Source: a virus
Direction: 5' to 3' (one strand)
DNA: 34,732 nucleotides
IMG/VR virus record: IMGVR_UViG_3300028840_006925
Location: 1 to 34,732 of that record
Position numbers and translations under genes: made by a program. Positions 1-6,087 of the stretch are shown here, one piece after another (positions within the stretch are counted from its first letter, which is position 1; each line of letters starts with the position of its first letter). Under the pieces are notes generated by a model, which saw nothing but the letters and a program-made list of their open reading frames with translations, had not been told where the DNA came from and ran no database searches.

Positions 1-144
1 ATGTGTTGAATATCAGTAACTTGCGTTTTGTTGCTTTTATGTGGGGATTTCCCCAAATGATGAGAATCAAGGACTTGCGACTTATTTTGTTTTGGATAAG
101 AATCTTTTGGAAGAAAGTTCTCTTCATTAGCAAACGCATACCAA
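1..144. repeat. Terminal redundancy, left copy. It is identical to 34589-34732, as expected for an assembly overlap of a circular or circularly permuted genome.
   Basis: Base-by-base comparison: atgtgttgaatatcagtaacttgcg...caaacgcataccaa occurs at both ends, and identity stops at 145 (caagtt). Confidence 0.9.
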
Positions 145-491
145 CAAGTTCTATCAAATCCTGTTTTATTGAAATTTCCTTTGATCAAAATTTTGTATTC
201 ATTAACAAGTTTATTTAATAATCTTTCAATTTGCTTATGAGATAAATAATCAAAATGATTTGCAATTTCTTTGATTGTCTGATAAGTCCATGTTCTGCCT
301 TCATAGAAATTTTCTTTTTTTCTTTTGTTAAGAGAAATCCAAAATATAAAATGTTGAACTAAAATTGCTTCATTAGTTCCAATTTGAGATGCTAAAACTG
401 GATCGAAAAAATGTCTTTCGTTTGAAGTTTTATAAAAAGATTCTTTTTTTTCTTGTAATAATTCTTCATTTTCTTTTATTATTTTATCCAT
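1..491 (-). CDS. Replication initiator / replisome-organizer-like protein, 5' part. The start is the ATG at 491. The frame runs off the window start and continues at 34588 down to 33913, giving a joined product of about 388 aa.
   Basis: My own translation is MDKIIKENEELLQEKKESFYKTSNERHFFDPVLASQIGTNEAILVQHFIFWISLNKRKKENFYEGRTWTYQTIKEIANHFDYLSHKQIERLLNKLVNEYKILIKGNFNKTGFDRTCWYAF... This is a winged-helix N-terminal pattern typical of phage DnaD / replication-organizer N domains. The RBS AAGGGAG lies 8 nt upstream. The frame is continuous with 33913-34644 through the 144-nt overlap: 491 + 676 = 1167 nt, or 389 codons. Confidence 0.75.
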   Translation of the reverse strand, partial: MDKIIKENEELLQEKKESFYKTSNERHFFDPVLASQIGTNEAILVQHFIFWISLNKRKKENFYEGRTWTYQTIKEIANHFDYLSHKQIERLLNKLVNEYKILIKGNFNKTGFDRTCWYAFANEENFLPKDSYPKQNKSQVLDSHHLGKSPHKSNKTQVTDIQH

Positions 492-562
492 AAAAGATGC
501 TCCCTTTGTAATAAAAAAGATGCTCCCTTTGTAATAATTTTAGGGTCATAAAGTTTATACAT
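479..562 (-). CDS. Candidate 27-aa leader ORF (MYKLYDPKIITKGASFLLQREHLLWIK) overlapping the rep start codon
   Basis: GGAGG at 569-573 lies 6 nt upstream of the ATG at 562. The ORF reads through both 23-bp repeats and stops (TAA 479-481) 8 nt past the rep ATG. It is too short for the ORF track. Confidence 0.3.
   Translation of the reverse strand: MYKLYDPKIITKGASFLLQREHLLWIK
492..537. repeat. Perfect tandem direct repeat, 2 x 23 bp (aaaagatgctccctttgtaataa), immediately upstream of the rep ATG
   Basis: 492-514 equals 515-537 exactly. On the minus strand each copy carries ACAAAGGGAGCATCTTTT, which is the rep Shine-Dalgarno context. Confidence 0.9.
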
Positions 563-590
563 AAAGAGCCTCCTTTATTGTTTTATTCAT

Positions 591-630
591 AAGCCGCAAA
601 GATCAAAACTTTGTGGCTTTTTTTATTTTT
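591..630 (+). terminator. Plus-strand intrinsic terminator located between two minus-strand genes
   Basis: The stem is aagccgcaaag (591-601) paired with ctttgtggctt (609-619), 11 bp, with a 7-nt loop. One G-U wobble on the plus-strand RNA becomes a C-A mismatch on the minus strand. The stem is followed by tttttatttt. There is no U-tract on the minus strand. Confidence 0.6.
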
Positions 631-771
631 GAGAATTATACTTTTTCTACCATATTCTATATTAAAAATTTAAGGAAGATATTTTTTGACGTTTTTTTAA
701 AAAAAATTTAACATATAAACTATCTTTTCATCTGCCAAATGAAAAATTGAAAAAAGGTTATAATTATTTTT

Positions 772-1065
772 TTATGGCCTTTTTTCATATTTTTCTTCAG
801 GAAGATATGGTTTCATAGATCCACAATGCTTACAAATTTCTCTTTGAACTTTTAAAAAAGCTTCAAAAGCATGATTGTGAAGATAATTTTTTTCATTTCT
901 TGTATAACTTTCTATATCTCTCAAAAGACGAGCAGATGGAAATTTTCTTCCAGTTATTAATTGATTTAAATAATTTGTTGAAATATGTAAATGCTGCGCT
1001 ACAACTTCTTTTCTAAGACCAGAGATTCTAATAAAAGTTTCTAATCTTTCAGACAAATTTAACAT
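772..1065 (-). CDS. XRE-family helix-turn-helix transcriptional regulator (Cro/CI-like)
   Basis: LSERLETFIRISGLRKEVVAQHLHISTNYLNQLITGRKFPS is a classic HTH_3 pattern. The RBS GGGAGGA lies 5 nt before the ATG. It is the first gene of the leftward array, at a divergent promoter region. Confidence 0.8.
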   Translation of the reverse strand: MLNLSERLETFIRISGLRKEVVAQHLHISTNYLNQLITGRKFPSARLLRDIESYTRNEKNYLHNHAFEAFLKVQREICKHCGSMKPYLPEEKYEKRP

Positions 1066-1103
1066 AATAATCCTCCCATTAATTATTTTGCTTATGACTT
1101 TTT

Positions 1104-1132
1104 CATATAGAGGAAATTTTTTAATTTGTCAA
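1104..1132 (-). promoter_or_regulatory. Sigma70-like promoter for the XRE gene and leftward transcription
   Basis: On the minus strand: TTGACA (1127-1132), a 17-bp spacer, then TATATG (1104-1109). Confidence 0.55.
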
Positions 1133-1235
1133 ATCTCATAGAGAAATTATTTTCGTTATTTCAGTGATAAAATGATTTTTTCATTTTTATTTAAGTTTAT
1201 CACGGAATTTGTGACCAGATTCTTGATAAATTTAG

Positions 1236-1263
1236 TTGACTTAAATTTACATTGTGCTATAAT
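1236..1263 (+). promoter_or_regulatory. Near-consensus sigma70 promoter with extended -10 for the rightward recombination operon
   Basis: TTGACT (1236-1241), a 16-bp spacer ending in TGC, then TATAAT (1258-1263), which gives a TGnTATAAT extended -10. Confidence 0.65.
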
Positions 1264-1426
1264 CTCCATAAAATTGGTTAAATATTCCGATATTTAACTA
1301 CAAAGGAGAATAAAAGTGATAGCATCAAAACTATCAAATTTAAATATTATTATATTCTTAATGCATCACTTGTTTACCAAAAGTATTATTATTAAATACT
1401 TAAGATTTAAAATAAGGAGAATAAAA

Positions 1427-1636
1427 ATGTCAGCATTTAAAAAAGAAAATTTTAGCTTACAAATTGGAGATTTTGTAAAAGGAAGAAAAGGAAAACATAC
1501 AATAAAAGGAACAGTTTTAGAAAGTACAAAAAAGCCAGGAAAGCCAGCTGTTTTTAGCAGATGGGGATATGTTGGCGTATGGATTGAAGATAAGTGTGGA
1601 AGAAAAACTGTTATTAATAATGTAGAATTAATTTAA
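1427..1636 (+). CDS. Small hypothetical protein (69 aa). An alternative GTG start lies at 1316.
   Basis: The ATG at 1427 is preceded by AAGGAGAATAAAA. The identical 13-mer also precedes the in-frame GTG at 1316. The N-terminal extension from that GTG is low-complexity I/L/K sequence, so I prefer the shorter form. Confidence 0.55.
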   Translation: MSAFKKENFSLQIGDFVKGRKGKHTIKGTVLESTKKPGKPAVFSRWGYVGVWIEDKCGRKTVINNVELI

Positions 1637-1662
1637 TCAATATATTAACTATGAGGAAAAAT

Positions 1663-2325
1663 ATGGAAACAAATGAAATTATAAAAAATGAAATTATAAA
1701 ATCAGATTCTAAATGTTGTAATTCATATAAATTTGAATCTGATCAATTAGATCAATTATATACTGCTTTAGCAAAAGCTCAAATGGAAATGGAAGCTGCT
1801 CCTAAAGCTAAAAATAATCCTTATTATAAAAGCAATTATGCAGATTTATCTTCTATAATTCAGGCATCACGTCCGAGTTTAGCTAAATATGATTTATGTG
1901 TTTTGCAAAGGATTATTCCTAATGGAGAAGGAAAAATGTATTTATGCACTAGACTTGGTCATAAATCTGGTCAATGGATAGAAAGCAAAATGATAATTAA
2001 TCCATTAAAAGCAGATATTCAGACATTAGGAAGTTATTTGACTTATATCAAGAGATATTCTTATGCAGCAATAGTTGGTGTTGCTACAGAAGACGATGAT
2101 GGCGAAAAAGCTATGGAAAGAGAAAATAAAAATCAATCTTTTAGAGATGGAAAAATCAAAAAAGAACAGATAAATATATTATCTCAATATTTAGAGAAAA
2201 ATCCTTCTCATTTGAAAGTTGTTTTAGAGAAATATAAAGTCTCTAAAATTTCTGATATGAAAGAAGTTGATTTTGAAAATTTTATGAAAGCGCTTAATTC
2301 TAAAAATAAAGGAAATGAAAAATGA
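1663..2325 (+). CDS. erf: ERF-family single-strand annealing recombinase
   Basis: The stretch LAKAQMEMEAAPKAKNNPYYKSNYADLSSIIQASRPSLAKYDL ... QTLGSYLTYIKRYSYAAIVGV..EDDDGE aligns by eye with P22 Erf motifs (APK...KYKY.S.EDIL..VKP and SYARKY...G..D..D). The RBS GAGGA precedes the ATG at 1663. The track start at 1651 has no RBS. Confidence 0.8.
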   Translation: METNEIIKNEIIKSDSKCCNSYKFESDQLDQLYTALAKAQMEMEAAPKAKNNPYYKSNYADLSSIIQASRPSLAKYDLCVLQRIIPNGEGKMYLCTRLGHKSGQWIESKMIINPLKADIQTLGSYLTYIKRYSYAAIVGVATEDDDGEKAMERENKNQSFRDGKIKKEQINILSQYLEKNPSHLKVVLEKYKVSKISDMKEVDFENFMKALNSKNKGNEK

Positions 2326-3212
2326 GAATAGTAGATTTTGAGCAAAATACAAAAAAGTGGAATGTTTGGAGAAATAATGGAATAGGAGCAAGTGATGTTC
2401 CTGTTATTATGCAGACTAATACTTATAAAACTCCTTTAATGCTTTGGAATGAAAAAATGGGATTTGCATTTGAAGAAGCAGAGAATGATGCTATGTTATA
2501 TGGCAAAATAAATGAACCAAAAGCAAGGGAATGGTTAAAAGGCCATTTAAACGCCGAATTAGAGCCTATTTGTGTTGAAGAGTATGAAAACTCACCTTTT
2601 CGTGCGTCATTGGATTGTTGGTGCCTTAAAACGCGTTTATTGATAGAAATAAAATGTCCGACAAGTGAAAAAACAATTGAAAAAGCAAAAGATGGAATTT
2701 TTGATAATGATGCTTGGTATGATCAAATTCAAACTCAGATTATGATAACTAATTCTAAAAAAGCTTTTCTTGCTATTTGGGATAATATTAATAAATGTTG
2801 TTATCTTCATGAAATTAAAAAAGATGAAAAAAGAATTGAACAGATAAAAGAAAAAGGAAATGAATTTTGGCATTTAGTACAAATAGGAAAAGCTCCAGAT
2901 CCTCTTTCAAAAGATTATATTTGCATAGAAGATGAAGAACTTAAAGATCTTATTGAGAAATATAAAGAATATGACGAAAAAGAAAAAGATAACAAAAAAA
3001 AGAAAAATGAGATTAAAAAAGAAATCATAGAATTTGGAGATGGAGGAAGTTTTATTGCGTATGATATGAAAGCAACATATATGCCTCCTAGAGTTTCTTA
3101 TGATATGGAAAAAATGAGAGAAGACGGAATTAATATAGATAAATATAAAAAAACTTCAGGTGTTTGGTATTATAACTTACGAGTTTCTAATTCAAAGTTA
3201 TTCAAATATTAA
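2322..3212 (+). CDS. YqaJ-like (lambda Exo fold) recombination exonuclease with a K/E-rich C-terminal extension
   Basis: W..WR..GIGASDVPVIM....YKTPLMLWNEKMG is the YqaJ N-terminal signature, and EIKCP is PD-(D/E)XK-like. The start overlaps the erf stop (ATGA), giving the classic annealase plus exonuclease pair. Confidence 0.75.
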   Translation: MRIVDFEQNTKKWNVWRNNGIGASDVPVIMQTNTYKTPLMLWNEKMGFAFEEAENDAMLYGKINEPKAREWLKGHLNAELEPICVEEYENSPFRASLDCWCLKTRLLIEIKCPTSEKTIEKAKDGIFDNDAWYDQIQTQIMITNSKKAFLAIWDNINKCCYLHEIKKDEKRIEQIKEKGNEFWHLVQIGKAPDPLSKDYICIEDEELKDLIEKYKEYDEKEKDNKKKKNEIKKEIIEFGDGGSFIAYDMKATYMPPRVSYDMEKMREDGINIDKYKKTSGVWYYNLRVSNSKLFKY

Positions 3213-3214
3213 TA

Positions 3215-3766
3215 TTAGAACATAAATCCATAAGTTGACGTGATTGCTGCTACTTCTAAAACTCTCCATTTTTGATTAGCATAATATGGAAAAATAAAAT
3301 GAGGAATTAGAAGATCAATTTGAATATATTTATTTATTCCTATCATTCCACCAAAGAAAAATTTGGGAGAAATTAAATGTTCTTTTCTACAAACCATATC
3401 TCCTTTAACGGAAAATAAATTTTTCTTGTATGTATGAATATAAGAAAAGCTACATCCTATTCCAGCATATATTTCTTTTTTATATGTTTTTGAAAAGTAA
3501 TTCAAATAATCTATTGATATTTGATATAGATATCTAGGATAACTTTTAAAAGAAACATCTAAACCATGAATATTATTTATCAATCTATATCCAAATCCAA
3601 GAGTGGGGTAAGGAATTGGATATCCTGCGCTAAAATCTAAATGAACAATATGATTTACTTTTGTATGATTTTTTTGTCTTTTTTCAGATTCTTTAGCAAG
3701 AACATTTATCGAAGGACTAGCAAATAAAAATGATGTACATATAAATAAAAATAATAATTTTTTCAT
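3215..3766 (-). CDS. Small outer-membrane beta-barrel protein (OmpX/Lom/PF13505-like) with a signal peptide; an accessory 'moron' gene
   Basis: The N-terminus MKKLLFLFICTSFLFASPSINVLA looks like a signal peptide. Alternating aromatic and glycine strands are present (GFGYRL, YAGIGCSFSY, FFFGGMIG), and the C-terminus ends ...TYGFMF with a terminal Phe. The RBS is AGGAGA and the gene has its own promoter. Confidence 0.6.
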   Translation of the reverse strand: MKKLLFLFICTSFLFASPSINVLAKESEKRQKNHTKVNHIVHLDFSAGYPIPYPTLGFGYRLINNIHGLDVSFKSYPRYLYQISIDYLNYFSKTYKKEIYAGIGCSFSYIHTYKKNLFSVKGDMVCRKEHLISPKFFFGGMIGINKYIQIDLLIPHFIFPYYANQKWRVLEVAAITSTYGFMF

Positions 3767-3813
3767 GGAATTCTCCTATTATTAAAAATTATTGTCTTAT
3801 ACTATGTTAAATC

Positions 3814-3842
3814 ATTATATAACAAAAGAAAAATTCTTTCAA
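3814..3842 (-). promoter_or_regulatory. Near-consensus sigma70 promoter dedicated to the OMP gene
   Basis: On the minus strand: TTGAAA (3837-3842), a 17-bp spacer, then TATAAT (3814-3819), about 45 nt upstream of the ATG at 3766. Confidence 0.6.
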
Positions 3843-3861
3843 CATGCTAAAAATATAAGTA

Positions 3862-4425
3862 TTAAAGTTCATCTTCTTCTTCTTGTCTTGTTTTATACCA
3901 TGGTTGAGTAACAACTAAATCTATAAAAGCATCTTCATTGGAAGGTATTTCTAATATATTTTCATCTTCAATAAGTTTAAAAGTAAATCTTTCAACAAAT
4001 GCTTTTCTTCTTTTTGCTATTTTATTTTCCATTAATTCATTTAAGACTTGTTCTATATTTTCATAATAAGAATCTAAAGCATTTTTTTCCCAATCTTCTA
4101 TTGAAAATCCAGTAGGCCAAATTTGTATTGTAGCGCTATTTGTACGATTAGGAACATCTAACTCATAACTTTTTCGTTGATATGGCTGAAAATCTGGAAG
4201 ATTTATAAGAATAGGTATTAATTGATAATAAAAAGCTTGAATAGATTCAGGATTTGTTGCTCTATAAATTGGCATATAATCTTTAAATATAGTTTTTACA
4301 GCTTCATTTATCATCCCTGTTAATGCTTTTTCTGCCCATTCTTCTGGAGTATCTAATAAATAAGTATTTAAAACATTCTCATCTTGAGAATTTATCAAAT
4401 GACCACTTTGACATATAGTTTGCAT
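3862..4425 (-). CDS. Hypothetical acidic protein, last gene of the late (fibre) array
   Basis: The 187-aa ORF has no motif I recognise and an acidic C-terminus (RQEEEDEL). Its position suggests a fibre accessory or assembly factor, but this is unsupported. Confidence 0.5.
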   Translation of the reverse strand: MQTICQSGHLINSQDENVLNTYLLDTPEEWAEKALTGMINEAVKTIFKDYMPIYRATNPESIQAFYYQLIPILINLPDFQPYQRKSYELDVPNRTNSATIQIWPTGFSIEDWEKNALDSYYENIEQVLNELMENKIAKRRKAFVERFTFKLIEDENILEIPSNEDAFIDLVVTQPWYKTRQEEEDEL

Positions 4426-4446
4426 ATTTTTCCTTTTGTTGTTTTT

Positions 4447-6078
4447 TTATTGAGTAATTTCCCATATTTCAAAAGTAAAAACAGAAGTTCCGCCAAAAAC
4501 TCTTGTAGGATTACCTGGAGTTCCACTTCTTTGTGCATTTATATAAAGTTGAGCGCCATTAGCTCGTCCAATTCTTATTTTAAAAGTAGTAGATGAAGTT
4601 GTTCCAGCTAACATAGAGTAATTAAATGCTATTTGTGCAGGCTCTGGAAAATTATCGCTTCCTATAGCATTAGCACTTAATGCATTATTTGTTGTATCTT
4701 GAAATAATGCTATAGTATGTTGAGAAATAGTTTCTGGCATTCCCCATCCAGATGCTTTAAATACTAGTCTATTAGTAGCGGATTTTGGTGTAATTGTTAA
4801 TGTAATAATTTCTATTCCTTCTGATTGTTGTGGTATCGTATCATCCCATGGCATACCTGGTGTTGTGGGTACAGTTATTACATTTGCATTTGCTGCATAA
4901 AGATATTGAGCTACTTCTCCTATAGATCTTTCAGTTTGCCATGTGACAGTTCCTGCTCCATCTGTAACTAAAGTTTGACCTGCAGTGCCATCAGTAATTG
5001 GAAAAGTAAAAGCATTAGCAAAAGTAACAGCACCTGTTGTATCCATAGCTAAAGCTTCAATTCCCGTAGAAGGAGAAGCATTAGATGCGGCATAAGTTAT
5101 TTTAAATGAATTTCCATCTGAATTATCAACGCCAGTAGCCCATGAATCTGCTAAATTATATCTAATAAATGGATCTCCTGTATTTCCTCCTGTTTCTACA
5201 ATTACATAAGCATTTGAATTAGGAGAGTTAGCTTGATTTTCAACATTTAAGACAAGATCACCTGCTCCTATAGTTTTTGATATATTTAACCTAGCAACAG
5301 GAAGGTCTAAACTTCCATCTCCTCCAATAGCTGCTGGATCTAATATAAACCAATTTGTTCCTGTATTAACTGTTCCACCATCTGTAATTTTTAATTGATT
5401 TGTAGTATTTCTTATTCCAAAAGAATATTGTTTTTCTCCTGAAATATTAAAATTCATCCATGGATCACCAGCGGCAGAACCTGCTACTTGAAGTTGTAAA
5501 AAAGCTTGAGAATCTACTGTATTAGAAGTGTTTGATATTAATAAAGTTTCAGTATCTCCAGATGTTTCAGATCTAAATTCAAAATCTCCAATATATGGAG
5601 GAAACATATTAAAAGTTAAAGCATTTGTTCCTCCAGTTGTTTGAATTCCATTTCCACCAATCATTGTTACTTGACCTGAACTATCAGGAATAACAGGAGA
5701 TGTTCCTGTATCAGGAATAAAAAAACCAAAAGCAGATGAATTTATTGTAATTGTATTTAAAGAACCGACTGTTTCTGTTAATATTCCACCTGTTATTGTA
5801 ATTTCATTTAAAGAATCTGGTTCTACAGGTGATGTTCCTGAATCTACTACAAAATTTTCAGCTGCAGCAGAAGTTCCGGCCATTTTTCTCCAAGTTCCAG
5901 AAGAAATTCCTTTTTCACAAAGTTTCCACCAATCATCAGAAGAAAGATCTAGCCATTCATCTCCAAGATCAAAATTTTTATAATCTCCAGAAGTAGGAGC
6001 TCTATCTAATTTAAATCTTTTGATAGATGAAAATGAATTTGTCGGATAATTTAAAGGACTTGATTGTAAAAAAGGCAT
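4447..6078 (-). CDS. Tail fibre / receptor-binding protein 3, with an N-terminal anchor motif, an internal duplicated DxGTSPVxPDS...GG repeat and a distinct C-terminal head
   Basis: The anchor-like N-terminus (RAPTSGDY...LGDEWLD...WWKL) resembles those of the other two fibres. The repeats are DSGTSPVEPDSLNEITITGG and DTGTSPVIPDSSGQVTMIGG. The RBS is AGGAGA. Confidence 0.65.
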   Translation of the reverse strand: MPFLQSSPLNYPTNSFSSIKRFKLDRAPTSGDYKNFDLGDEWLDLSSDDWWKLCEKGISSGTWRKMAGTSAAAENFVVDSGTSPVEPDSLNEITITGGILTETVGSLNTITINSSAFGFFIPDTGTSPVIPDSSGQVTMIGGNGIQTTGGTNALTFNMFPPYIGDFEFRSETSGDTETLLISNTSNTVDSQAFLQLQVAGSAAGDPWMNFNISGEKQYSFGIRNTTNQLKITDGGTVNTGTNWFILDPAAIGGDGSLDLPVARLNISKTIGAGDLVLNVENQANSPNSNAYVIVETGGNTGDPFIRYNLADSWATGVDNSDGNSFKITYAASNASPSTGIEALAMDTTGAVTFANAFTFPITDGTAGQTLVTDGAGTVTWQTERSIGEVAQYLYAANANVITVPTTPGMPWDDTIPQQSEGIEIITLTITPKSATNRLVFKASGWGMPETISQHTIALFQDTTNNALSANAIGSDNFPEPAQIAFNYSMLAGTTSSTTFKIRIGRANGAQLYINAQRSGTPGNPTRVFGGTSVFTFEIWEITQ

Positions 6079-6087
6079 AACATTCTC

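Noticed and set aside
1-144. Interpreting the 144-bp end identity as genuine T7-like direct terminal repeats or as a mobile-element terminal repeat
   Set aside because: The repeat is direct rather than inverted, lies wholly inside a coding sequence, and would bisect the essential rep gene in a linear molecule. An assembly overlap of a circular or permuted genome is simpler. Read-level data are still needed to settle this.
3-218. Plus-strand ORF of 71 aa at the window start
   Set aside because: It lies antisense to the well-supported replication gene frame (491 to 1), has no RBS and has low-complexity sequence. It is a shadow ORF.
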